Made by a program: the position numbers and the translations under genes. Below, piece by piece: positions 28,414-38,644 of a stretch of DNA of 64,000 bases. Each line of letters opens with the position of its first letter. The first letter of the stretch is position 1. A model generated the notes under the pieces. The model saw only the letters and a list, made by a program, of their open reading frames with translations. It was not told the origin of the DNA and ran no database searches. The DNA is from a candidate division WOR-3 bacterium (GTDB lineage: Bacteria; Hydrothermota; Tepidihabitantia; B3-TA06), in NCBI GenBank assembly GCA_965649265.1, contig CBFGKC010000010.1:1292-65291 (forward strand). The letters are read 5' to 3'.

Positions 28414-29090
28414 TACCTCTGGAGAAAGTTGCAATATTAATCCCGGCATACGAAGCTGCAGATACTCTCGAGAAGGTACTAACGGGATGGTTCGAATTCG
28501 GAGCTCAGCCTGAACAAATCTGGGTCGTTGACGACGGCTCTCCTGATGGAACAAGCGATGTAGCAGCCAGGATGGGAGTTAATCTGGTCGCGCACAAGAA
28601 AAACCTGGGTAAAGGTGCGGCTCACAAAACCGGCTTCAAGGTAATTCTTGAAAAGGGATATAAATGGATAATGACTATAGACGCCGACACCCAACATGAT
28701 CCGGGCGAAGCTACACGGTTTCTTTCACTTGAAGGGAATTTCGATTTGGTAATTGGTTCACGACGTTATAATATGGTCGGGATGCCTTTCGACCGCTGGT
28801 TTGTCAACCGGTTAACGTCCATGGTCCTTTCCATATACGGAGGAAAAGTGGTGACGGATTCCCAATGCGGTTACAGACTTATTTCCGCTGAAGTTGTGAA
28901 AAAAATTCCTCTCGTGACCGTCAGATTCGATACGGAATCCGAGCTTGTGGCCAAAGCCATGTGGGCCGGATTCAGACTCGTGGAGGTTCCGATAACAACC
29001 CTCTACACATCTCCCCGGTCACACATAAATAAGCTCCTTGATACCCTCCGTTTCGTCAAACTCTGCGTCTTTCACTTGTTCTGGCGCTAG
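28410..29090 (+). CDS. GT2-family glycosyltransferase (DPM1-like polyprenyl-phosphate sugar transferase)
   Basis: ILIPAYEAADTL...VVDDGSPDGT...IDADTQHDP (DxD motif). 226 aa, soluble type. Confidence 0.75.
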   Translation: MIPLEKVAILIPAYEAADTLEKVLTGWFEFGAQPEQIWVVDDGSPDGTSDVAARMGVNLVAHKKNLGKGAAHKTGFKVILEKGYKWIMTIDADTQHDPGEATRFLSLEGNFDLVIGSRRYNMVGMPFDRWFVNRLTSMVLSIYGGKVVTDSQCGYRLISAEVVKKIPLVTVRFDTESELVAKAMWAGFRLVEVPITTLYTSPRSHINKLLDTLRFVKLCVFHLFWR

Positions 29091-29265
29091 ATTTTTTTGA
29101 TGCCCCCCTCCCCTTAAGCGACCGTAAGGTTGCCTGATTGCTTCTTCTTGAGATTTTTTCATACCATCTGAATGTTGTCCGTATAATCAGAGACCTTAAC
29201 CTTTATCTTTAATACTTCAAAGATATTTGCCCATCCGGACATCTTAACCAAAACATGTGAATCTG

Positions 29266-29294
29266 CCAAAAAAAGCCGCCCCAGAAGGGGCGGC
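29266..29294 (-). terminator. Rho-independent terminator for the minus-strand repeat protein
   Basis: The minus-strand transcript reads GCCGCCCC-TTCT-GGGGCGGC followed by TTTTTTT. Confidence 0.7.
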
Positions 29295-29314
29295 CGTACT
29301 TTATTTGAGCAAAG

Positions 29315-30988
29315 TTAATGAACTAGTATCGTCTTACGGGTCAGACTGACCTGAGCGGATGTAAATTTCACAAAGTATACACCGTCAGGTAAATCACTCT
29401 TATCAAACGTGTATACGTGCATGCCTGCTTCGAGTTTGCCTTTGTCCAGAGACAATTTTCGGCTCCCTGTCACATCATACAGTACAACCTGACCGTCCAC
29501 ATCCTTTGGAAGCGATAGAAGAATCTTTGATCCTGTAACGGACAGATCCAGTTTCAGAGGAACAACTTTTTCCTCGATTCCGGCTTTTACGGCATGGATC
29601 GAATCAGTGATCATATCGTTGGCAGGAACAGAGTCATCGGGCAGCCACGTTTTGAAAGCAATATGATACCAGGCATTCTCATAAGAAAGAACCTTCCAGG
29701 GCACAAAGCTTACCTGGGCTTCTTCATCTACATTAAGAGGGCCAACATTAGCCACCCCGTGGTAGACGTCAAGACCTGAGTATGTAATGGCACAAGTGAC
29801 AGAGCAAGCGGCAACAGTGTTGCCCTGATTGAGGACCGTCACGGCAGGAATATATGATGAATCCGGATTGACGTTTTTGGGCGGAGCCACTATAACCGTC
29901 GGCAACACATCCTTGATAATACGAGAAGCATACTTGAGATTTCCGTTTGTGACATCATAGTACGAAATGTGGGGATATGTCAAAGCCTTTTTGTAAGTCA
30001 AAGCAATTGAGGTATACTGACCTACATCTGCCGTAGTGTCCACGGTTTCCGTATGCCAGCCCAGATAGTCCTGCGAGTAGCCATATTTAAGATTTCCATT
30101 GGAAGCGTCGTAATAGCTAACATAGGTCGATCCCAGTTGTTGTGATCCGTATTGACCAACCCCGGGAGTGTTGTCTATAACATCGATAGCCCAGGCTGAT
30201 CCGGTCCAGCGAGCATACTTAAAGTAGGTATGAGTCCTATCGTAGTAGCTGATAAAAGGAACATTGCCGTTTGCAGTATCAATAGCTATATCCGGCCAAA
30301 GCCCAACGTCGCCTGTCGTATCGACACTGGCTACAACCCATGCACCTGAAACAAGATGCGCGTACTTCAAATTGCCGTTAGTCGAATCGTAGTAAGCGAT
30401 ATGTGGATTTCCGGCTGGATCGAGGGCTATTGAGGTGTATGTTCCGACGCCGCCTGTATCGACGGTGTCACGGGACCATTGAGTACCCAGCGGCCTTGCG
30501 TATAAAAGCATGCCCGCCGTGGCATCAAAATAAGATATGTGGGCTATGTCCTGATTGTTTTGCACGCCTAAAACGATGTCACAGCCCAACCCGACGTTAT
30601 CAGGACCGGGATGCGGAATACCCACAACCCAGTCTCCTGTAGTATTCTTGGTCGCCCACTTGAGATGGCCGTTCAACGCGTCGTAGTAAACAATCTGCGG
30701 AAGCCCGGTCACTGAACCAATAGCAAGAGAACTAAAAGAGCCCACACCGCCAAGACCGCTGTTTTTGTCGGCAAACTCGGAGACCCATGCAGAACCATTC
30801 CATGTGGCGTATTTCAAATATCCGCTGTCGGCATAGAAATAAGCTACATGCGGCATGTTCTTTGAATCAATCACGAGAGAGGAATATTGTCCTACATCAC
30901 CTGTTGTATCAACATCTTCCAAGTACCAAGCCTGGCCAAATGCGGCTACAACAGTCACTGCGATAATAAAACCTATCCACTTTTTCAC
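29315..30988 (-). CDS. Secreted repeat protein with a T9SS-type C-terminal sorting domain
   Basis: Signal peptide. At least six units of about 40 aa of the form '..YTSIALD..GNPHIAYYD.TNGNLKYA....G.W'. The C-terminal 80 aa end ...DGVYFVKFTSAQVSLTRKTILVH, which matches the Por_Secre_tail pattern. Confidence 0.7.
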   Translation of the reverse strand: MKKWIGFIIAVTVVAAFGQAWYLEDVDTTGDVGQYSSLVIDSKNMPHVAYFYADSGYLKYATWNGSAWVSEFADKNSGLGGVGSFSSLAIGSVTGLPQIVYYDALNGHLKWATKNTTGDWVVGIPHPGPDNVGLGCDIVLGVQNNQDIAHISYFDATAGMLLYARPLGTQWSRDTVDTGGVGTYTSIALDPAGNPHIAYYDSTNGNLKYAHLVSGAWVVASVDTTGDVGLWPDIAIDTANGNVPFISYYDRTHTYFKYARWTGSAWAIDVIDNTPGVGQYGSQQLGSTYVSYYDASNGNLKYGYSQDYLGWHTETVDTTADVGQYTSIALTYKKALTYPHISYYDVTNGNLKYASRIIKDVLPTVIVAPPKNVNPDSSYIPAVTVLNQGNTVAACSVTCAITYSGLDVYHGVANVGPLNVDEEAQVSFVPWKVLSYENAWYHIAFKTWLPDDSVPANDMITDSIHAVKAGIEEKVVPLKLDLSVTGSKILLSLPKDVDGQVVLYDVTGSRKLSLDKGKLEAGMHVYTFDKSDLPDGVYFVKFTSAQVSLTRKTILVH

Positions 30989-31135
30989 TAATACCTCCTA
31001 GGTCTAAGGTCTAAAAGTTTTCAATCCAAAATTTTAGTATATTAATCTTAAAGATTTTAGAGTGTTTGTCAAGGGGGGGTAATTAACAAAGAACGATTCT
31101 AATAAATGAGGCAAGAAGGCTATAAATAAGGCTTT

Positions 31136-33250
31136 TCATTGTTGAGGATTAAACTTGACGAACTTCCGATACCATCCTGTACCCACCAGGAAGTACGTTC
31201 CCGGCTCCAATTTCACCACGTCGTATGACAGACCGTTTACGAAATCCTTGTACCTTCCGCTTTCATCATAGATTGCGGCTTTAACCGGTGTCGAAAAATA
31301 CAGGATTCTCGAACACGGGTTGGGCCAGGCAAAAATATCCGGAACCTTACTTGGGTAAGATTCATTTGAACCAAGCTTGAGAAATAACGCTCGCTCGAGC
31401 CCGTCATAACCGTCGGCAAGAATGACCGTATCCAAGACGACCACGAGTGCCCGGGCTTCTCCACCGGTATTAAGACGACCGACAAGATGGGGCAAGTAAG
31501 GGTCAGAAATATCGAAGGCACTGATACCTTCAGAACCCTCGGCAAGAAAAAGGGTATTACCAACCAAATCCATGGAAAACGCAACGTGCCTGGTAGGAGT
31601 AAGGGATAATCTCGTCCATTGAATTCCGGACAAACCATATATACCTAATCCTCTATCGAATTCGGCAAGATAAATGATACTGTCTTCTCTGATAATATCC
31701 GTGACGACCCCTGAAACTGTATGCCTGGCTACAACCAATGGTTCAGCAGGGTTACTTACATTGACTTCGGCAACGCTGGCATCTTCAAGACCCATATAAA
31801 GGGTCTCCCCATAAAGACTTACCGTAAATGCCCTGACTCCAAAAGCAATACTCGAAACCCTCTTTATTTCTTTAGGATCAGAAACTTCCGCGATTATGAG
31901 ACCGGAATCTCCGCAAGCGAGATAGGCATAAGGTGAATCGAGAGCCAGCCCCCATACGTGCACCTGTTCGGGATTAAATCGAGAGATAAGCTCGACACCT
32001 GACAATGGATCACTGATATCGTAAAGTGAAAGCCCCGACCAGCTTTCGGCGATATAAAGCGTATCATTGATTATTGCCGCATCCCTCGGCCAGTCCTTCG
32101 TCGAAAACGTAACTTTCGGCGAAAGAGGATCACCTCGTTCAAAAATCGCGATCTTCGATCCCTGCATCCCTAGAACTATCCAGCGCTCGCTCACCGAAAC
32201 TACGTCGGAAAGCCCCCCCCTGGCCTGCCCGTCCTTGATATCGGGATTTGAAGGATCGGAGTTGTCAAACACCCACCAGGAGCCCGAAAATCCGGCTACC
32301 GCCCCGAATCCTTGAGAACAGGAAACATCGTAGGCCCAGATGCCTGCTGAATCCAGATTGTAAAGATTGGTCGAAGAGATCTCGTCGTATGTATCGAGGC
32401 CGATGATGTGGAGGGAATCATTCCAGGTTACTACGTAAGCATAGGGGGGTACAATATCCACAGCCCACGCGACAAAAATTGGGATTGTAGAAGCAAGGCC
32501 GGGGCTTGCCGGATTGGAAATGTCCACAATGTGAAGTCCGCCGTCAAAGGAGCAAATCCATGCCTTATCGCTAAGGGTATCTAGTGCAAGTCCATAATGC
32601 TGGCCCGGGAGTTTAAGACTCTTGATTAAACTCGGCGACGACGGGTTGGATACGTCAATTGTAATCAAACCGATTGAGGCATCGGTGGCAAAAATGCGCC
32701 CCTCATAGAGCGACAAAGAACGAAGATTGAATCCTGTGAGTGTACCCAGAAGCTTGGGATTCGAACCGTCACTGCAGTCGTATATCTCAAGGCCGGCGTT
32801 TCCGAGAGCCCCGTAGACCGTATCGCCGCGAACTTCAAGTCCGAACGTCCTGCCGCCCGTCGGGAAAAGTTTTATTTCTTTCGGGGCGTCAGGCGATGAG
32901 ATGTCAATTATCGCTATCCCCTGGTCGTCAACGGCGACGTAGAGGCGATTTTCCCATCGGGCCAAGGTATACGCAAGCCCGGGAAAGATTAGCTCGGACA
33001 GCCAGGAGACCTTGCCTTGTGCGTTCAGGCGTCCAATCTGAAGAACAGCTCCATTGGTGTAGTAAAGGATGTTCGAATCGAGAAGGACGGAAAATCCCGA
33101 TCCGTAAGGCCAGCGGTCGAGAACCTTGAAGTTGTAGTCGGTGGTGGACAAAGAGGATGCAGGCATATCGCAGTATCCCTCCCCCCATGTTGCACTCGTT
33201 GAGTACCCTCCCCCCCATACCGCGAGGATAAGATATAATGTAACCATCAC
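31136..33250 (-). CDS. LVIVD-repeat beta-propeller protein, secreted, with a C-terminal beta-sandwich sorting-like domain
   Basis: Repeated '...GG.L.I.DIS.P..P' LVIVD-type units (YVAVDDQGIAIIDISSPDAP, GGLHIVDISNPASP, LITIDVSNPSSP, LSLYDISDPLSG). N-terminal signal sequence. Confidence 0.65.
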   Translation of the reverse strand: MMVTLYLILAVWGGGYSTSATWGEGYCDMPASSLSTTDYNFKVLDRWPYGSGFSVLLDSNILYYTNGAVLQIGRLNAQGKVSWLSELIFPGLAYTLARWENRLYVAVDDQGIAIIDISSPDAPKEIKLFPTGGRTFGLEVRGDTVYGALGNAGLEIYDCSDGSNPKLLGTLTGFNLRSLSLYEGRIFATDASIGLITIDVSNPSSPSLIKSLKLPGQHYGLALDTLSDKAWICSFDGGLHIVDISNPASPGLASTIPIFVAWAVDIVPPYAYVVTWNDSLHIIGLDTYDEISSTNLYNLDSAGIWAYDVSCSQGFGAVAGFSGSWWVFDNSDPSNPDIKDGQARGGLSDVVSVSERWIVLGMQGSKIAIFERGDPLSPKVTFSTKDWPRDAAIINDTLYIAESWSGLSLYDISDPLSGVELISRFNPEQVHVWGLALDSPYAYLACGDSGLIIAEVSDPKEIKRVSSIAFGVRAFTVSLYGETLYMGLEDASVAEVNVSNPAEPLVVARHTVSGVVTDIIREDSIIYLAEFDRGLGIYGLSGIQWTRLSLTPTRHVAFSMDLVGNTLFLAEGSEGISAFDISDPYLPHLVGRLNTGGEARALVVVLDTVILADGYDGLERALFLKLGSNESYPSKVPDIFAWPNPCSRILYFSTPVKAAIYDESGRYKDFVNGLSYDVVKLEPGTYFLVGTGWYRKFVKFNPQQ

Positions 33251-33324
33251 GCCTTTATAATAACCCCCAAGGTGACGTTGTCAATTGAAACCTGACGCGA
33301 ATCTTTATGCCGTCTTTTTAGTCG

Positions 33325-33978
33325 TCAGCCGGGTTTCTGGATTATCATCCTTCGCATCTCACTTGAGAGAATCCATCCATTTAGACTCGTCGTTATCCAC
33401 CACGAATAGCTTCCGTTCGCGAGGATGTGGAACGAATCCACAGGCATCTCATAGATCGTGTCTTCGGATGATTTAAACGTGATAAGGGAATCAGCCAGAT
33501 TCATAAAGTTTACGAGAAAACCATTTGTACAGGTATCCGAACTCCAGATGAAAGTCGGGGGAAGGGTATCGAACACCGCGCCGTCCGACGGTGCAATTGA
33601 TCTTGGACCTGTTATTCCTCTATCGACCGTGAATGTTCTCGTCTCGCTCCATAGTTCCACGGAGTCGAATACTGCCGCTACCGACCAGGAGAAGTCAAAA
33701 GCCAGAGGACAGGTAAACTGCTCGCCCGTAATCTCGTAACAGGTGTCTTGAAGTGAATAACCAAAAAAAGTGTCCTGGTGCACTCCAACGGTTATATAAA
33801 GCCTCCAGATATAGCGATCCAAAACCGGGGATGGGTTCCAAACCAGAGTCACTGGTAACTTTTCGAATTTTGCACTATCCGCTGGGTATACGAGTTGCGG
33901 AGCCTGCGGTTCATCTTTCTGACACCCGATCTGGATCATAAGAAATGAGACTATAACGATTAAGGAAAGTTTCTTCAC
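33325..33978 (-). CDS. Hypothetical lipoprotein with two Fn3/Ig-like repeats
   Basis: Lipobox IQIGCQ. Duplicated motif P.D.A.F..LP.T..W. Confidence 0.45.
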   Translation of the reverse strand: MKKLSLIVIVSFLMIQIGCQKDEPQAPQLVYPADSAKFEKLPVTLVWNPSPVLDRYIWRLYITVGVHQDTFFGYSLQDTCYEITGEQFTCPLAFDFSWSVAAVFDSVELWSETRTFTVDRGITGPRSIAPSDGAVFDTLPPTFIWSSDTCTNGFLVNFMNLADSLITFKSSEDTIYEMPVDSFHILANGSYSWWITTSLNGWILSSEMRRMIIQKPG

Positions 33979-34073
33979 AATGCAGACCTCCTTGTTGAAA
34001 TTTAAGCTGAATATCTATCTTGTCAACTCATCAAAACCGTTGACGGAGGTCTAAATCCGGCTAAAATCGGCAG

Positions 34074-35267
34074 ATGATCAAACCTGCAATAGAAGGTGGA
34101 AAACCAGTCAGGGAGGAGTTTCTTGTTTTCGGAAAACCCGATATCAGGGAGGCCGATATTGCCGAGGTCGTTGATACGCTCCGCTCCGGCTGGATTGGCC
34201 ACGGACCCAAAACCGAACTTTTCGAGGAGATGTTTAAGGAATACACCGGTGCAAGACACGCGATAGCTGTAAGCTCCTGCACGGCGGCCCTTTACCTCTC
34301 ACTGGGGATGCTCGAACTAAAACCGGAGGATGAGGTTATCACTTCTCCCCTGACTTACCCGGCAACGGCAAACGTCATTCTCCACCACGGCGCTAAAGTA
34401 GTTTTCGCCGATGTTGATGAGGAGACGGGCAACATCGATCCGAAGAAGATTGCGGAAAAGATATCGAAAAAAACGAAAGCGGTCATCCCTGTTCATCTCT
34501 ACGGATATCCCTGCCGGATGGATGAGATATTGAGTCTGGCCGAATATTCCAGTATTGACGTGGTCGGAGACGCAGCACACGCTATTGAGACTCGATTCAA
34601 AGACAAGCATGTCGGAGTGCTGGGTGGCGCTGCCTGCTTCAGCTTTTATGCGACCAAGAATATTACAACGGCTGACGGCGGCATGATAACCACTAATAAC
34701 GAAACCTGGGCTGAGCGTTTCAAACTGATGCGGATGCACGGTGTAACACGCTCGGCATGGACAAGATTCAAGGCGGAGGGATTCAAGTTTTACGACACAC
34801 TTGCACCTGGATACAAATTGAATCTTACCGATTTGCAGTCGGCATTGGCAATTCATCAGATGGAAAGGATTGAAGAAAGCTGGCAGCACCGAAGCCAGGT
34901 CTGGCGAAAGTATTGCGACGGAATGAACGATCTCAGGGGAATTATACTACCCCCGGAACCCCAAACGGGCAAACACGCTCATCATTTGTACCCTATCAGA
35001 CTCGAACTCGATGCCCTCAGGATAGATCGCGATCACTTCCTTGAAGCCCTGAAAGCCGAGGGTATAGGCGCCGGGATTCAATTCATTTCACTGCACTTGC
35101 AGAATTACTACCGCAGTGCAATGGGGTTTAAGCCGGAAGACTTCCCTGTCGCGGCAACAATTTCTGAATCGACACTCTCGCTGCCCATTTCACCAGCGCT
35201 CTCGGATTCGGACGTAGAGGACGTCATATCCGCAGTCCGTAAGCTCCTTGAATATTATGCCCGTTGA
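34074..35267 (+). CDS. DegT/DnrJ/EryC1/StrS-family PLP-dependent sugar aminotransferase
   Basis: Whole-length similarity pattern, including the PLP-Lys region FSFYATKNITTADGGM and the N-terminal GKPDIREADIAEV. Confidence 0.85.
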   Translation: MIKPAIEGGKPVREEFLVFGKPDIREADIAEVVDTLRSGWIGHGPKTELFEEMFKEYTGARHAIAVSSCTAALYLSLGMLELKPEDEVITSPLTYPATANVILHHGAKVVFADVDEETGNIDPKKIAEKISKKTKAVIPVHLYGYPCRMDEILSLAEYSSIDVVGDAAHAIETRFKDKHVGVLGGAACFSFYATKNITTADGGMITTNNETWAERFKLMRMHGVTRSAWTRFKAEGFKFYDTLAPGYKLNLTDLQSALAIHQMERIEESWQHRSQVWRKYCDGMNDLRGIILPPEPQTGKHAHHLYPIRLELDALRIDRDHFLEALKAEGIGAGIQFISLHLQNYYRSAMGFKPEDFPVAATISESTLSLPISPALSDSDVEDVISAVRKLLEYYAR

Positions 35268-36168
35268 TCCGACATTCTGGGTGGACGTGTTTCACAAATC
35301 GGCGTGGAGTACGGCATTTTCTTCACCCATATGGCATAAGGTAACTGAGGAACTCGGCGAAGACGCAAGCTTCGAATTTGAAGGAATAATTACCCCCTTA
35401 AGGGAGATTCGCCTGGCAAGGGGACTTCTCAAAGGGTATGAGTCTACCGTCCCCGGCGTTCCTTGCGGGCCGATTGCTCTGACGATACCCGATTCGACAT
35501 CAATTGATAGATACTGGAATGAACTGAACAAAAGAACCGGAGGAAGATTCCTTGTGCACCTAAGACCTGATTCTCCCTTCACTGCCGCGCCTTTCAGGAA
35601 AATGGAGGTTAAAACGCATTTGCTCCGTATCGAGGAGAAGGAAAAAAAATTGAGTGAACACCATAAAAGACAGCTCCGGAAAGCGCAAGACGCGGGAGTC
35701 ACTGTTACAGAGGCAAGACGACGTGAGGATTTTGAAGCCTGCCGGGAGATGTACGAGATGTCCCTGAAACGCTGGAAAAGACGTCCTGCATGGGTTTATT
35801 CTGAAAGATTCTTTGAGAATATCCATGATTACATAATCCCTGCCGGTGAAGGTTGTTTCTTTATCGCGTGGATGTCAGGAACTCCACAAGCCTCGGCCCT
35901 GGTTCTCTACGAGCGCAAACGCGCCATATACTGGCACGGCTCGAGCGCAGACGAGCCCGCCCAGGGCGCAGGACACATGCTTCACTGGAAGATCATGGAC
36001 GAGTTGGAAAGGAGGGGGATAGAAACGTATGATTTCGGGCCGAGCGCCGGCCTTGAGGGTGTACGGCGATTCAAGGAAGGATTCGGAGCGGAAATCGAGA
36101 TTCAAACAACGATAATCGGACCCGCGAGATTATTCGGGTCGTACTTTTCGAAAAAGGCAGGGAGATGA
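35248..36168 (+). CDS. FemAB-like / BioF2-like acyl-CoA N-acyltransferase (GNAT fold)
   Basis: The C-terminal half FFIAWMSGTPQASALVLYERKRAIYWHGSSAD...GAGHMLHWKIMDEL...YDFG matches the Acetyltransf_6/FemAB pattern. Confidence 0.55.
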   Translation: MNIMPVDPTFWVDVFHKSAWSTAFSSPIWHKVTEELGEDASFEFEGIITPLREIRLARGLLKGYESTVPGVPCGPIALTIPDSTSIDRYWNELNKRTGGRFLVHLRPDSPFTAAPFRKMEVKTHLLRIEEKEKKLSEHHKRQLRKAQDAGVTVTEARRREDFEACREMYEMSLKRWKRRPAWVYSERFFENIHDYIIPAGEGCFFIAWMSGTPQASALVLYERKRAIYWHGSSADEPAQGAGHMLHWKIMDELERRGIETYDFGPSAGLEGVRRFKEGFGAEIEIQTTIIGPARLFGSYFSKKAGR

Positions 36169-37286
36169 TTTCAGTCGGACATTTTCATTACTGTTTCTTT
36201 GAATCATCGGAAACCTTCATCTACCACCAGTTAACGGCACTCAAACGATACCGCCCTGTGGCCGTATCGTTACTGTCAAGGAATCTGGATAAATTTCCGA
36301 TGCCCAACGGATCGCTCTACGATATCGGAATACCCCTTCCAAGACCGGGTCTCCAGTTCGCCGCTCCCTTGAGATATTACTCGCTGAAATTATCGGCTGA
36401 GCTTTTCAGGCGGGAAAAGGTTTCACTCATCCACGCTCACTTCGGAACATGGGGAGCATATGCGATTCCTCTAAAGAAAAGCCTGAGGGTTCCTATGGTC
36501 GTGACCTTTTACGGACAGGACGTCTCCCTGCTCCCCAAAAGGACGATCTGGAGAAACCGCTACGCTAAATTGTTCAAGAAGGCGGATCTTTTACTTGCCG
36601 AAGGTCCACATATGATGAAGGAACTACTGAAACTTGGCGCACCGGCAGAAAAGGTTGCCCTTCAGAGGATCGGCATTCCGCTTGACAGAATTCGTTTCCG
36701 ACCGCAAAAACAGATCTCGGATCCACCCAAAGCCCTGTGGGCCGGAAGGATGATTGAAAAGAAGGGGCTTCTGGACGCATTGATGGCACTGGATATACTG
36801 AGAAGCGAGGGAACGAATATAGAGCTTCGTGTAATCGGAGACGGACCGGAAAGACCGCTCGCAGAGGATTTCGTCCGGGAACGAAACATGGGGAACGTGC
36901 GCTTTCTCGGATTCCTTTCGTATGAGGAATATCTTGAAGAATTCGAACACGCCGATTTCTTTCTTGTGCCCTCCAGGACTTCGCGTAAAGGAGAAACAGA
37001 GGGGGGGGCTCCCACGACATTGATAGAAGCCCAGGCACGAGGTATACCGGTTGTTACGACAAGGCATGCGGACATACCCTTCGTTTTACCTGAAAATTAC
37101 CCTTATCTGGCAAACGAGGCCGACCCTGGAGATCTCGCCCGTAAAATATCTTCCTTCATTGACGACTACGCAAACTGGCCGGACCTGGCCCTGAAATGCA
37201 GAAAGCATGTGGAACGTTTCCACAATCTGGATACAACCATAGATTCCCTTGAAAAACACTACGACAGGCTTCTAACCAGGGTTTGA
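36165..37286 (+). CDS. GT4-family glycosyltransferase
   Basis: C-terminal GT-B motif E..G..LIEAQARGIPVVTT and the EX7E region. Confidence 0.8.
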   Translation: MISVGHFHYCFFESSETFIYHQLTALKRYRPVAVSLLSRNLDKFPMPNGSLYDIGIPLPRPGLQFAAPLRYYSLKLSAELFRREKVSLIHAHFGTWGAYAIPLKKSLRVPMVVTFYGQDVSLLPKRTIWRNRYAKLFKKADLLLAEGPHMMKELLKLGAPAEKVALQRIGIPLDRIRFRPQKQISDPPKALWAGRMIEKKGLLDALMALDILRSEGTNIELRVIGDGPERPLAEDFVRERNMGNVRFLGFLSYEEYLEEFEHADFFLVPSRTSRKGETEGGAPTTLIEAQARGIPVVTTRHADIPFVLPENYPYLANEADPGDLARKISSFIDDYANWPDLALKCRKHVERFHNLDTTIDSLEKHYDRLLTRV

Positions 37287-37290
37287 CAGG

Positions 37291-38589
37291 ATGAAAAAAG
37301 AGGGCGGGTTTACTTCTAAAGCTGCAGGTACTTTCATAACACTCGGTACGGTCGCCGTTCTTAATTTCGTCGTCAATCTCGTAATGGCAAGGGTGTTGGG
37401 ACCTCTTGGGAAAGGAATCATTACCCCGTCATTGAACATAGCAACAATCGCAATTACCCTGGGGACCCTTGGACTCGGCACATCCATTGCTTTTCACCTC
37501 GACAAGAAGCCTTTCAGGGCTAAAGACGTGATGCTGACTTCTTTGCTTGTTTCTTTGTTATCAGGTCTGATCTCCGCCGCCGCAACATACTTTATCATAT
37601 CGGCATCGGTTCCTGAGACTTCTCTTTACTCGAGAATCCTTTTCTCTTCCGGAACGCTTTTCACCGTCGTCTACTCCGTAATGCACGGCGGACTTCTTGG
37701 ACGTAATCGCATCGGCTGGATGAATCTGGCCACTCTTGCATCAACCATATTCCGGACGCTATTGTGCATTCTTTTACTGTACTTCTTGTGGCCTTCAGTA
37801 GAAGGATTCGCCTTATCCTATGCAACCGCACAGCTCATGAATTCCATACTCGTCATTGCGCTTTCATTTAAAGAGACCGGATTTAAACACGCACGAATCG
37901 ATCTTTCTTTCATGAAACAAGCGATAGTTTTCAGCATAGCCGTGTATCTCGGAATGATCGCTCTTGAAGCGACCTCTGCCATCGGCATGATTCTTCTGAA
38001 GCAGTTTCGATCACCCCAGGAGGTCGGAATCGTATCGCAAGCTCAAACCGTAACCAGGCTCTTAATGCTCATTCCGCAAGCGCTCGCCACCGCACTTTAC
38101 GGAGCCGTAATCGGCGAGACCGGAAAGGAACAATTTGCCGCAAGGGCAATAAGACTATCCTTTTTTGCCACGCTCTTGATCGGAATACTCCTTGCTGTTC
38201 TGGCGCCGTGGCTTATTCCTTTTCTCTTCAAAAAGGCCTTTACACCAAGCGTTCCTTATCTTTGGGGTCTCCTGCCTGCAACCGTCTTATATACGATCCC
38301 GCAGCTTTACACATCTCTTGTCATAGCCAGCTGGGGAAAACCCTGGCATTTCTTTATTTCAAGCGCCGTTTCTCTGGTGATTACCGTTGTATTGAACGTT
38401 TTTCTCATCCCCGTCTACGGCGGCTGGGGAACCGTCATTGCCTATGCGGCATCAGTGATTTTCATGACGGCTTATTACATAGTGTTACTCTTAAAGAAGG
38501 GCGGCTTAAGCATGGAAGATATTTTTATTCCGAAGGTCGAAGATTTCAACGTGTTAATGAGAAGATTGGGCCTGAAACGAGGGAGTTAA
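37291..38589 (+). CDS. wzx: Wzx-type oligosaccharide flippase (MOP superfamily polysaccharide biosynthesis protein)
   Basis: About 12 to 14 hydrophobic helices. 432 aa. Sits in a glycosyltransferase context. Confidence 0.7.
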   Translation: MKKEGGFTSKAAGTFITLGTVAVLNFVVNLVMARVLGPLGKGIITPSLNIATIAITLGTLGLGTSIAFHLDKKPFRAKDVMLTSLLVSLLSGLISAAATYFIISASVPETSLYSRILFSSGTLFTVVYSVMHGGLLGRNRIGWMNLATLASTIFRTLLCILLLYFLWPSVEGFALSYATAQLMNSILVIALSFKETGFKHARIDLSFMKQAIVFSIAVYLGMIALEATSAIGMILLKQFRSPQEVGIVSQAQTVTRLLMLIPQALATALYGAVIGETGKEQFAARAIRLSFFATLLIGILLAVLAPWLIPFLFKKAFTPSVPYLWGLLPATVLYTIPQLYTSLVIASWGKPWHFFISSAVSLVITVVLNVFLIPVYGGWGTVIAYAASVIFMTAYYIVLLLKKGGLSMEDIFIPKVEDFNVLMRRLGLKRGS

Positions 38590-38644
38590 GATTAATTAAA
38601 CTTACCACAACCGGAGAGGTTGTTTTCTCAGGACTTCACGGGTT

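Noticed and set aside
32740-33129. Arg-rich 129-aa + ORF inside the LVIVD gene
   Set aside because: Antisense to the LVIVD-repeat gene. The Arg/Pro-rich sequence is typical of an out-of-frame translation of GC-rich coding DNA.
36574-37075. Three nested minus-strand ORFs (137 to 154 aa) inside the GT4 gene
   Set aside because: All are antisense to a GT4 gene with conserved GT-B motifs. They overlap each other in different frames.
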